DNA from: Octopus bimaculoides
Taxonomy: Eukaryota
Direction of reading: 5' to 3'
DNA length: 64,000 nucleotides
Assembly: GCF_001194135.2 (NCBI RefSeq)
Contig: NC_068998.1
Span: 17,458,746 to 17,522,745 of the forward strand
Numbering within the stretch: position 1 is the first letter of the stretch; every line of letters begins with the position of its first letter. Made by a program: the position numbers and the translations under genes. This document shows, one piece after another, positions 1 to 12,131 of this stretch. The notes beneath the pieces were generated by a model, which made no database searches, had not been told where the DNA came from, and saw only the letters and a list, made by a program, of their open reading frames with translations.

Positions 1-39
1 TTAAGCTACATATTAACTGCAGTTTACATTTACATTTTA

Positions 40-97
40 CCTAGTCCAACCCATGCCAACATGGAAAATGATGTTAAAGGGTGATAATGATGATGTT
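40..97 (+). mobile_element. RTE-LINE 3' tail fragment (5'-truncated)
   Basis: ccaacccatgccaacatggaaaatgatgttaaa followed by a degenerate (GAT)n tail; same terminus as the RTE copy ending at 46707. Confidence 0.7.
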
Positions 98-340
98 ATC
101 AGTTCTTATTGAATGTGCCTGTTTTTATAACTCTACTAAAAACATTTTTTATATCTAACTCAGTATATGAATTATGAAATGTAATTTCTTGTTTTATGCT
201 TACCACATAAGGCAAACCATCTGAATTTTGAGATGTTTTAAATTTTCACTAGCATCAGTAATACAAGTTGGCCTATGTGTTGGGTGATTATTTGCATGTA
301 CAGAGTAGTAGAATGGTATGTTTGTCCTTGAATTCTAGAA

Positions 341-398
341 CTTTATTTTTTTTTTGCAGGTGAGTAATTTTTACACCAACTGAAGCAAAAAGGTAACT
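341..398 (+). other. Candidate recursive splice site (YAG|GTGAGT) plus 33-nt RS/poison exon (360-392)
   Basis: ctttat(t)10gcag|gtgagt, then aag|gtaact donor at 393; exon has stops in all three frames. Confidence 0.5.
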
Positions 399-771
399 GC
401 ATATATATTATTTGGTATTTATCCTGATATGATTAGCTTCCTCAGTATTCTCATCAAAGAATAGTTTCAGTTCATCATCATAAAGCTGCAGAAGAGCAAG
501 TTTCATTTTATTGTTATAACAACAATTTAGATATTCGTTTCTGAATCTCAGACATCACATTGAGGACACCATCTGTCTGTTTCTCTGATGTATGATTCAC
601 TTATTTCATTCTGATGTGTCACAGGAGCACCAAATCATCTCTCACATTGTCTTATTTGAAATTTTCTCAAAGCAAGCAATTTTTTCTTGTATTCAGTTCC
701 AGCTTTTGAAGATTTTCTTGCTAGTCTATCTTCTGTTTGTTATTTCAAAGCACCTCACTCTGCCCTTCCCC

Positions 772-1028
772 NNNNNNNNNNNNNNNNNNNNNNNNNNNNN
801 NNNNNNNNNNNNNNNNNNNNNNNNNNNNNNNNNNNNNNNNNNNNNNNNNNNNNNNNNNNNNNNNNNNNNNNNNNNNNNNNNNNNNNNNNNNNNNNNNNNN
901 NNNNNNNNNNNNNNNNNNNNNNNNNNNNNNNNNNNNNNNNNNNNNNNNNNNNNNNNNNNNNNNNNNNNNNNNNNNNNNNNNNNNNNNNNNNNNNNNNNNN
1001 NNNNNNNNNNNNNNNNNNNNNNNNNNNN
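772..1028. other. Assembly gap (N)
   Basis: run of N. Confidence 1.
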
Positions 1029-1243
1029 ATATATACACAAAATTAGCTTGCTGTTTACTGTCCATATTTTCTCTTCATATTTGTTAGGTTTTTTCTTCTT
1101 TGATATGATATGTATAGTCGTATTGGCTCTTTTTTCTCTGGTTTTCTATGAGACTTTATTTTCTGCTTTTGTTCTTTCCTTCATCATTTGCCTATATCAT
1201 TTTATTCTTTTTTTGTTGTTATTTCAAATCATTGTTCCGTAGT

Positions 1244-1437
1244 GAAGGTTGTTTAAATGTGAAGTGAGAATTTAAATTTGTGGTGCATAGAATTTGCCTT
1301 TCCTAATTTGAAAACTGGAAGATATTAGATCTTTTATCTGGTTTATTAAAAGGAAAAAAACAAAAAAAAATTTTTTCCCACCCATAAAGATTGACAATGG
1401 AAGGTTGTTTAAATGTGAAGTGAGAATAAAATTTGTT
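1244..1437. repeat. Local direct duplication (28 bp identical, 156 bp apart)
   Basis: gaaggttgtttaaatgtgaagtgagaat at 1244-1271 and 1400-1427, both followed by aaatttgt. Confidence 0.9.
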
Positions 1438-3949
1438 GCTCAAAAATTTACAGTAGTGTAAAGATCATGAAAGCTAACAAGAAACTGGAATATTTTCTTT
1501 GCTATCTTACTGTCTGCCATCTCATGAAAATGTTTACCTTGTTGTCAAAAGTGAAGGTGAACATGTTTTTCTTCACAGGAAACTGTTTTCTTCAAAAATG
1601 GAATTATCAGTGAATAAGTGTCAAGGAATATGAAGAAACTGAGTGTTAATTATAGTATAAAATAAATAATGGACAATAGTGCTAGCTAGATACTATAAAG
1701 CATCCAGTGTGATGAAAGCACTTTAGACTACTTGGAATTGTGGCAGGGGGTGGGTAAGAAGTGAGATATTGGTAGTCATCACATTATCACATGCAATTAG
1801 ACTTACCTAATCAAGTTTGTGACCTTTACTAATATTGGTTTTGAAAAGTTATTAAAAGCTATTAGAACCAACTTTTTAATGATTCAATTGGTTTGTTTGG
1901 TCTTGTATGGCATGTCTGTATAGTGTGCATTGAGAAAATTGCATTGTGATTTGATCCAGTAGCAGGCTAGGGTTGTATGTTGATAATGTTATAGTCACTT
2001 TCTGGTTATATCTTGACTGAACTCCAAGTCTGTTGATATTTGCTCTTGCAACTGTGTGCATAGGCTATTTCCTATGGGCACCACTGATCTATTTTGAGAC
2101 TTACCTTTGTGATCTTTTCTTTAAGTAAAGAAAGCAGCATAGCATAAAAGCTTCCTCTGTGCTCACTAAAATTGGTATTTCTCCTGTTAAGTTTTTGTTT
2201 CTGCTATGAATTTTTCAGGTATTGTTAGCGGTTTCTGAGGTCCAGTCACAGAGATCAGTAACATGATCAATAAAAATGAGCTCATTGAGTTTTTCTTTTA
2301 TTGGTTTTGTCAGTAGGTTGATGTAGACTTATTAATGGAGCACTTCAACTACCCTTTTTCCTAAAGTCAACTGCAGCACTAAAATTTAGTAATTTTCTCT
2401 ACAATAGTTAAATAAGCATGTGATATTTTTAACCATATTGGGAAGCCTTATCTATAATTATAAGAATTTGGTCATAAATTGATGAAGCAAAAGTTGTTTG
2501 TCCAGTCTTTCATCTACTCTGTTCATTGAATGTGTATAATATTTCTAAAAAATAGTATCTTGTAATTTAATAAAATGAAAGCAGTTTCTTTCTAAAATAT
2601 GGTGACCTTACTAGTAGGTGTGTATGTCCTCTCAACCAATTGAGAATGGTTATTGAAATGTATTCATCATGTTTGCAAAGCAAATACTTTGTGCACCTCT
2701 TCTGCAAAAGCTTAGATGTTGCCTATATTTTTTACTTTCTTTCTCCATTTTTTCTTAATTTTAATGTTGCTTGATTGGAGGTCAAACTCTAGTATCTCAG
2801 AAATTCAAATATTTTTTTCAATGATTACAAACAAATTAAACTTGTCTTTGTAGTTTTGCTTTTTTCAAGTTATTTATTTATTACAAACCCTGGCTCTATT
2901 GAACATATATATACTGGGTGAGTTATAAGTTATACGAAATAATTTAACTAAGGAAAATATTCAGCAAATATATCTACTAATTTTCATTGATCATATTTAT
3001 TTATTTATTATTAATACTGGCCTAAATAGGTCTTCCTGTTTTGTAATAGAATGAAAAATAAAATGCATATTGAAGCAAAAACTGAGACGTAAAATATAAA
3101 ATAAGTAGGACTATATTCATTTTTCTGAAGATTAAATTGACAGTACATTGAATATTGACTCTAAGATACATTTCAGAAGTCAAATGCTATTTTTAATTGT
3201 TTGCTTATTTTCTGATATTGGATTTAATGTTTGTATATCTTGTGTCCTCTTATGTATTTATCAATTTAGAAAATTTTTTTCTTGCATGTTTATATTTATC
3301 ACTTTTCTCTATTCTGAAACAGTCCTTATATAAATTTATCAGACATGAATATAAATATTTATGGATATAAATTGCTATGATTGCTTGTACACAACTAATA
3401 AAATACTGCAGAAATGCATCATATAAAATTTGACATATAGATATCAGATACTTAATTACAACTTATTGATGAAAGTTACTTTAAGTATTAGATAGCTTCA
3501 GGCTCTTGCCATATTTCAACATACTTTTTGTTTATTAGTTTTAAATTCTTATCTTGTTTTACATTGTTAATTTACAGAAACATAAACTCCTCTTGTTAAC
3601 ATATGTTAAGTTTTGTTTTCTTAAGTTTCCTTTGTGGTAAAATCAATTTCATAAAATAAATCTGAAGCACTTTTTCACTATTTAAGAGATAATCATTTTT
3701 ATAGCCTTACAATTACACATACATCTTCATGAGAAATACAAGTTCTTTTCATTTTAAACTATTTTGTTGAAAAAATATGAAAGAAATTTTGAGATATTAA
3801 TCAACTGCTCAATAATGTCTGTATATACAGTGTCTTGTTACATAAAGGTATTTTACATCTCTAAGTATGTCATAGGTAAGTTTTACAAATAGTGTTTCTT
3901 TCAAGATTCTTTGGAGTTCATCTTCAATAAATATATGTGTGTTTGTGTT

Positions 3950-4268
3950 TGTTCTACTGATTCAGTCATTAAAACGTGGCCACGTTGGGGTACTGTCTTC
4001 AAGAGTTTAGTTGATAATATCATCCCTCGTACTCATTTTATTGATCTTCATTGGTCAACCACTTAGTTATAGATATGAAGAAATGCAACCTAAATGTGTG
4101 TCTATGTGTGTATGACAGGCCTATACATGCTTTCTGGCTAACAAGTTCCATCTACAAGGCGTTGGTCCTTTTGGGGCTACAAAAGACATTTGCCTACAGT
4201 GCAGTAGGATTGAAACTGGACCCGTGTGATTGTAAAGCAAACTTTTTGACCACATGACTATTCCTGTA
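3950..4268 (-). mobile_element. tRNA-derived SINE family A (degenerate, near full length)
   Basis: reverse complement of the family A tail (ttcagtcatt..gtggcca.gttgggg), central tgtgtg tract and head, similar to 10569-10895. Confidence 0.75.
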
Positions 4269-4455
4269 CTTGTATCTCTGTGGGAAAGCATGGCAAAACA
4301 TATTAAGACAGTGTGATAGTTATGTAAATAAGCTGAATAATATACATTTGGGTCTCTTGTCCATTATGTTAGGTTTTTATCAATTGCTGTCTCCTCTTCA
4401 ATACTCTCACATTTATCATTTCATTCATCTGCTCTATTATTATCATCAAATTTGA

Positions 4456-4900
4456 CAATGACTTAGCATCTGTAAAAAAGTGGGGGTGGGAGCTGATGTT
4501 ATCATATTTGTCCGTTGGTGATCAATGGAGATGATGACTTCCACCATATTGCACCTCAACAAGAGATGTATCCATGGAGGGGACCAAAGAATTACAACTG
4601 CTCTGTGTATCTGAAACTATGGGAGTGGCAGTATTTCATCAAACTATTGCTCTTTAACCTTTAGTTGCAGATCTATACCATGCAGTCTTAATTGTTAGAC
4701 ACAGATGCCAGATAAGCACAAAGTTTTTGAAGTGAAAAAGAGCCGTGCACTCATCAGACTCGTATGTTCTCACGCAATTTGACTAATGGCAAGATAAGTC
4801 AAGATAATTAAGCTTTTATGAGAATGTAAAAGATTGCCAAAGTGGTTGAAAGGATCTCCAAATTTGCAACACAGTCTAACTTGTTATGCGTCCAGGTTAT
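4456..4900 (-). pseudogene. Highly degenerate non-LTR reverse transcriptase fragment (CR1/L2-like)
   Basis: manual minus-strand translation gives remnants resembling LGPL and N.I.SHPHF(F)TDAK (the FADD region); many stops and frameshifts. Confidence 0.3.
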
Positions 4901-6899
4901 AAAACATTCCAGTTGTTTGCCCTGCATCATGACAAATAGCCCAGCATGACAAAGTGTTGCCTCCTGCACCACTTGTCCCCATTGCCTGCTGCTGTCAACT
5001 TTGAAGCTGTGGAGATGAAGGTTATTTATTTATTTCATGCCCCAATTCTATTGGAATGAGAACATGCCACTAACCATACACAAATACACATAATGTGTAT
5101 ATTTACATATTATGGTTGACCATTGGTTCCTTGAGTTCATCTGCCCTTTGACAGGTTTTGTTTTTCATCATGCAGAGTGTCCAAAACCACCCTACCATCT
5201 TGGTGGTGATTCCCACTTGAGTCACTGACAACCTGATAATGCTACAGGTTGTACTGGGTTACTTTCACCAGTAGTACTCTCAAGTGACCTGGCACACACA
5301 CATGCATATCTCCTGGTTGTTGCTAGCACATTGAAAGTATTTACTTCATTATTTCAACAAAGAGAAGCTTAAAATTTCTTATGAAAAATATTGAGCAACA
5401 GAAACTGATTTTATTTATTTACATTTATTGGTGGGATGTATTAATGAATTGATTCCACATGTGTCTGTGTGTACATGTATAAATGCAAACATGGATAAAG
5501 TGTAAGTTTACTGGCATGTGTTTAATAATAAACATATTTAGTCTCTCTGTGCAAATGAATCCTTATTTGTGCTAATATGCAAAGGAGTTAAAAAATCAAT
5601 GCTTGTTACTTAAACCTTTTTCATAAATAGGCTGTTAGCTGTTGTCTTCAGAACAAGGTAGATACACTTGATGAGCTATCAATAACCAAGCAAAACTAGT
5701 TGAGATGTTCTGTTTGTTCTGTAGAGAGCATTATGGTTTAATAACTGGTTTTATTTGAACAGTCGGACTAAATGTATGTTTATTAGACATCTGTATATAA
5801 ATTTATTTAGTGTGTGTATGGTAGACTAGACTGCAGTTGGGTTATGTTCATTGAGTCTCATACACACCTATGGCTACAAATGGAAATTTTTTTTTTCATT
5901 TTAAATATTTAAAATATTGCTATACAAGTAAAATATTAAAAGCTAAATTACCAAGCACTTAGTACATTTATTAAGTCCATATTGTTGACATATCACAATT
6001 GTTGATTTTGAAGACAACATAGGAAATAAATCTTTGATCAGATATTTATACCAATATTTTACCAATGCAGGATATCTTGAATTTTAAATACAAATATATT
6101 TTAAATAAAATTTATCAAAACTTTTCTTTTAATTAACTCAATTTTAGTTTGATCTCAGTAATCTCACATTTTTTTTTTTCTTTTTTTTTTTCATGAATGT
6201 GGTTGGCATAAAGTTCAACTGTGTATAAAATATATTAAAAACCAATATCAGTTCATGAAACATTTTATGTAAATACCTAAATTTAAAGAAGCCTTCCTCT
6301 CTGTAATTTGTTAAAAATTTGATATTAAACCTAAATGGATAGATACTCTTTAACACTGACTGTTTTTAGGCAACATTGCCTTCTGAAGAAGTTTTCATTT
6401 TAGGTATAACACAAACCTAGTTGACAAAGGGTGGCATGAGTACTGATCATAAAGCTTAATGTGAGAAGGCCAAATTCAAATGATTTAAAAACCAGAATGC
6501 CTAAAGCTTAAAAAGCCAAATGCTCAGAGCACTGAATTGTTAAGTATTTTAGGGGAAAATACTGTGGAAAATGGTTTTAAAATACATTTATGTACAGTTT
6601 TAAAAGGGAGTTTATTATAACATATTTGCTTTATTTATGCTATGCCAGAATAACAAAGGTAAACAAGATATAGTGAGCATATTTACTTACAAAAAGGAAA
6701 AAAATGTGCATTGCAACGATATGATATTAAAGGCAGTAAAAACTGATATAGCTTATTTATTGAAGGCTTCTGTTCTTTAAATTCTCTTATTATTGGGTAG
6801 TTTGTCGGGGTTTTTTTTAAGTAAATATGCTTCCCTTACCTTGCTTGCCTTTATTGTTTTGACAGCATAATATAAAGTAAGTGCTATCATACATAAATG

Positions 6900-7195
6900 T
6901 TTTTCAAATAAACTCTGTTTTAAAACTGTTTTGAAGATCATGTCTCTTATTTACCCCTAAAATAGTTATTCTGACATAACATAATAAAAAGAGTAAATAT
7001 ATTATGTATCTCAAATAAACTCCATTTACAATTGTAAATAAGTGTTTTTAAGGGTGTTTTTTCTTCTAAAATAGTTATTGTATCATAGCAGAACAGAAAA
7101 AAGTAAATAGGTTACAATGTTTCTCAAATAAACTCCTATTTAAAACTGTAAATAAGTCTTTTATGACTGATTTTCATATTTCCCCTAAAATATTT
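6900..7195. repeat. Degenerate tandem triplication, period about 107-113 bp
   Basis: tcaaataaactc at 6904, 7011, 7124; ctaaaata(gt)tatt/ttt recurs in each unit. Confidence 0.8.
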
Positions 7196-9792
7196 CACAA
7201 TTCAGTGTTTTGAGCATTTTATCTTTCAAGCTTTTGGTATTCTGATTTTTAAGCTATTTAAATTCAAGCTTCTCATGTTTAGTCTCTTTGCAATCAGCCT
7301 TATTCCAAACCGGATAACTCTGACAGGGTCAGGATTAATATGATCAAGTAGGTATTTATAGTTTCAAGTAGATAATCACCATGTTTCCATTCTAATTTCC
7401 TGTTATAAAGAACAGTGCAAGTTATAGAAAGAATCATTCTAGGATTATTTCTTGTTGAAACTGAAATAAAGAACTTGAAAAGAAATGATAGAAATCTCTA
7501 TAATCAGCACTTTTGTAAGAAGGCAATGAAATCCAGTACTTTGTATGCTGCAAAACCAATATGCACTTAAGTATAATTGTATTTCTTATCAACTAATCTT
7601 GAAGCCTTACTCACTAAATACATTTGTACAACTGTGATGGTGCATTTGAAGTTGCAGGCTAATTGTATTACTTACGTAAACTAATAACTACTTTGGTAAA
7701 TGAAAGTAAATAAGGTACAATTTGAATGGTTGTGTAAAATTTTGAGAATCGTAACTTTTTATCATGATACCAGTATTTTTCACAAAATGAAGTTGAGTGT
7801 TAGAATTGGGGTGCAGCTTCAAGTAATTATGGTCTTGTGATTTGAGGAAATTTTGTTGCTAAGCCCTAGCCCACTTCTATTTGGAAAGACCTATGCTCAA
7901 AGTCATTCAAATTGTGACCATCCTTTCTTTTCTTCAGTTATAGTTTATCTAGTGAAATTGGTGCTAATATAATTAATGCTGGGATCATTAACAATTAGCT
8001 ACAATTAATTATGCTATAGGGAAAACCTTAACAATGACAAATATTATTTTAATTATTTTGGCAACAACAGGAGACAAGTTTGGACATGAGTCAGCTGTAA
8101 AGTATAATAGGTTTCACTATATTTAACAAGGCAGTGATGAAAGAATCACTAAGTAAATGTATTATATTGTACAGTATTTGGTGTAGTGTAACTAAACTAT
8201 ATCATTCGGTATCCTTTTTTTAAGATGGTAGTGTGTGCTTTGAGAGAGAGATTTGGTTGTGTTGAAGTTCTCTTTACAGAAACCATTAAAATGTTGGAAA
8301 TATTTATAGCAATAAATGAAAATTGGTGATCAAGTGTTGTGAACTCATTGTAAAAGATAATTAAAAAACTTTGGGGTATGTTAAATATGATTTATAGAGA
8401 CTGGGCTTCATAAATAAACTCAGCTGGCAGAACAGGTAATGTTTCAAATAGAATCAGCACTTGATAAAGCAGTAAAGCAATTGCAAATATTAGGATAGTT
8501 TTAATTAAACGAAAGTAATTTTTATTAAATTTGATATTCCATATTCTGTAATATTATTATATGACTAATTTAAGATCTAAACAAATGTTAATACAAAATC
8601 AAGTATCCATTTAGTTTTTCTTGTTTAGTTTTATTCCTTCTGTTAACTTCATTTTGTGATTTTTTTTTTTTTTTAAAGAAATTCCTTCATTCATATATAG
8701 CAATTAAGAATCTTCAGCTGAAATTAATACAAGATAAGTGATCTCAAGTTAAATTCTTTATTCTAACAAATTTTCATTCTTTAATTTCACCAACAGTTTG
8801 TGAATTGTTTGTTGATTTGACCATTATAGTTAGAACAGGTTAATTTCAATGTGGATACATTCATATTTTAATTTAAGTACATAAACGTGTCTCTCATTTG
8901 ACCTTAGATTAAACATCAAAAAGTAATTTAATGTAATTATCAAATTTATATAATATCTAAACTTCAAGTAATTAAACGGTTCATTGAATTGGAAATATTT
9001 ATTCAGCACATAAACAGTTCTCTACACATTAGCATGTAGATTATACAGCAACAATGATTTTAATACATATCAAGAAGGTTAAATTTGTAGGTATAGGACA
9101 AGGCAATCTTAGCAGAAAAAATGTTAAAAACTCAGTCACTTTAATTAAAAAGAAAAAAGAAAAAAAACTACAATACTATTAGAGGGCAATCAAGAATATG
9201 ATTATCATTTTCACATCTTGCTCATAATTGATCGCATTGAATATTATAAGATGGAAACAATATTTTATTTAAGCATTTGAAACTTGTGTAAATTTAAAGA
9301 ATAGAAATTAAACAAAAAAAGGAAGAAAACTATATAGGTTTGTGTATTTTGTAAACATTATTGTTTAATCATCAAACAACTTGAGATAAGAAGTTAGGTA
9401 ATAAAGAAAATACTTATCACACTTAATCCCCCTTCCCACGAGATACTTAAAGATTGAACTCTCAAGTAAATTACCTCAATAACTTAAACCCACACAACAC
9501 ATATGCATGTTTGCAAACATATGTACTTACACACTATTGTTGAATTTTAAAACCTCTAAGTTTACCTTATTCTCTAATAAAATCACCTAAAATTAAAAAA
9601 AAAAAAACAACTTAAATTAAAAGCTTTGGTGTGGTCATAATAGCCAGAAATTTAAAAAAAAAGCAAAAACAATTCTCACTATTTCATGAATGCATGAGGA
9701 AAGTGTGACAAAACATGACTAAGGACAAGAAAGTGGCAGTTACTATTTTATGTAAGATCACCAAGTTTATCAGAAAACAGTCCGTTTCTTAC

Positions 9793-9911
9793 ATCCTGAT
9801 GTATGTTGGCTGACAAGTTACACAAATGTTCCGCCAAAACTGCTTCATGGAGATTCTTGAAGTATGGCCATATCCTTTTCCCTGTATTTGTGAATGCTTG
9901 GAATGAGTTGA
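9793..9911 (-). CDS. Candidate internal coding exon (119 nt) of an unidentified gene
   Basis: minus strand: ACTAAC branch point, 39-nt pyrimidine-rich AG-free tract, CAG acceptor, GAT|GTAAGA donor; open frame NSFQAFTNTGKRIWPYFKNLHEAVLAEHLCNLSANIHQD (a second frame is also open); no homology recognised. Confidence 0.4.
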
Positions 9912-10089
9912 CTGATGACAAAACCATGAGAAAATGTAAAAGAAAAAGATGTTAGTTTTTCTCATGTAGTTGTTTGGTGCTGCATAAGTCCTAAGAGAGG
10001 AGACCTGTGATCAAAGATGTTAAAATTTATAATGATCTTTTTTGTTTTTTTGTTTTTTGTTTTTCTGCTTACTCAGAATTATACTGTTC

Positions 10090-10180
10090 AATATATCTTT
10101 CCTTCTTAAGACAGTTGGATGTGGTTTGAGGGAGATTGGCTGTTATTTCTAGAAACCAAGCATCTATAAAGAAGCTCCTG
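10090..10180 (+). mobile_element. Dispersed repeat family C fragment (unclassified)
   Basis: core gtttgagggagattggctgttatttctag shared with 16915, 23440, 25615, 33725, 41025. Confidence 0.6.
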
Positions 10181-10568
10181 AATATCTCTAAACATATCTG
10201 CACTGTAATATGTCCTAACTAGAGTAAAATACTTAAATCACAAAATCTGGTTTGGGTGTAGTGGACAAGGCAGTGTGATTATAAATGGAAGTAAACTTCT
10301 AGATCTGAAGTTAGCAGATAGCATTTATCTGCAGCTGTTTGTTAGATTATATTGAAGAAGTTTATTTATAATGTAGTTAATTTATCATTTTGACAATTGC
10401 ATATGTAACTTTTAACTTTGGACATAGGACAATATTTTAAACTTTGTACCATCACCATTACTATCATTATGCTTTCATTATGGCTACCTCTATAATATAA
10501 TATGTTTCATTAGAAACAAACTACAGCATGCAGCAAAAGTAAATATAATTTTTAAAAAATCAACAACA

Positions 10569-10895
10569 AGCATGGCTGTGTGGTAAGAAGCTTGCTTCCT
10601 AACCACATGGTCCTGGGTTCAGTCCCACTGCATGGCACTTTGGGCAAGTGTCTTCTACTATAGCCTTGGGCTGACCAAAGCCTTGTGAGTGGATATGGTA
10701 GATGGAAACTGAAAGAAGCCTGTCGTATGTGTATGTCTTTGTGTCTGTGTTTGACCCCCACCACTGCTTGACAACTGGTGCTGATAGAATAAGTGCCAAG
10801 CTTTAAAAAAGGAAGTATTGAGGTCAATTCATTTGATTAAAAAATTCTTCAAGGCAGTGTCTCCGCATGGCCACAGTCTAATGACTGAAACAAGA
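10569..10895 (+). mobile_element. tRNA-derived SINE family A, best-preserved full-length copy
   Basis: A-box-like TGGCTGTGTGG, B-box-like GGGTTCAGTCCC, CORE-like ttgggcaagtgtctt, central TG tract, tail gcatggccacagtctaatgactgaaacaag. Confidence 0.9.
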
Positions 10896-11351
10896 TCTTT
10901 TTGCTGGTGATTCTATTTTGCTATCATTTTTTCCTCCAAAGTTATTCAGGTTTATTGACTGCCTGTACTTACCTGCTGTAATGAAATCTTCTCAACAGTT
11001 AATTTGAAAAGTTGGAATTCATTTTAAAATAACACACACAAAAAAAAAAAAAATTTAAAAATCACAAAAATAATGAAACAGCCTGAATGTGTACTCAAAA
11101 ATGATACTTCAGAGTAGTTCAATAACATTTTTATTCAATTAAACTGAACCTAATTGGTTCTCATTCCAACCAACATTGTAATTATTATTTTCTCCCATGG
11201 TGCAGCACAGCAGTAATTTACAACCAGTTATTTTGCAAGAGGACTTCAGGTAATAAATTATTTTTTCCATAAATACATTGACAGTTTCTTTTTCTGAAAC
11301 TGTTGGATATCTTTGAACTTTATTTATATCCACTTGTCTGAATTTTCCTTT

Positions 11352-11545
11352 GTTCTTTTACTAGTTTCAGTCATTGGACTGTGGCCATGCTGGGGCATCA
11401 TCTTGAAAAGTTTGATTGATCAAATCGATTCCTGTATTTATTTCAAGTTTAGTATTTATTCTGTTGCTCTTGTTTTACTGAACTACTTATTTATGGACTT
11501 ATAAATAAATCAACACTGCTTGTGAGGTGCTGAGAGAAATAGATG

Positions 11546-11576
<31 letters not shown>

Positions 11577-11723
11577 GTGTCAGACTTATACACACACATA
11601 TATACAGTTTCCACACATCAAATTTACTCACAAGAATTAGTGAACATGAGTCATCCAAGAGAGCATGCAGTATGACTGAACTTAAAATCATGTGGTTACA
11701 AAATGAACATAGCTCACCTATGC
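11352..11723 (-). mobile_element. SINE family A (degenerate) with expanded (CT)n
   Basis: tail gtttcagtcattggactgtggccatgctgggg, internal (CT)n/(CA)n, decayed head. Confidence 0.75.
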
Positions 11724-12131
11724 AAAGTGTGAAGAAAGTCTTACCTGAGTGAATAATACAATTTTTGGTTTTGTTTCTTTGATAATTTAAGAATAAAGAT
11801 GTATAACTAAAAACACTTGAATTTTGAAAATGTGTTTTTTGTTGATGGTGTTTAGCCACAGGTCAACCATTATCAAGTAAATTTAATGATCAAAGATGAT
11901 CCAGATCTAACCTTCCCATGTTTTTCTTAGATTTAATGTATCTATAAGTACATCAGCAAATATGTTTTTTCCTTTAATATCATATGCAGCATGTGGGAAA
12001 GTTGGCTGTTCCTACCAGTTTCGGCAACAGTGCAGAGGCTCCTTCATTTTCTTATATAGGTTAATATTTTGTATTGAAATAAAAATGTGAAATAATTAAC
12101 TGAAAATTTAATGTGTATATTTACTGGTATA

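Noticed and set aside
520-770. Possible old RTE remnant on the minus strand
   Set aside because: Only a vague resemblance (VLNVMSEIQKR); too degenerate to support.
592-1242. ORF-track ORFs of 104-216 aa
   Set aside because: They are open only because they cross the N-gap; the flanks are low-complexity and have no coding signature.
7300-7485. Minus-strand acceptor followed by a roughly 50-codon open frame
   Set aside because: No convincing donor and no recognisable protein.
10569-10650. tRNA gene
   Set aside because: A/B boxes are present but there is no cloverleaf, and the sequence continues into the SINE body; the same applies to the other SINE heads.
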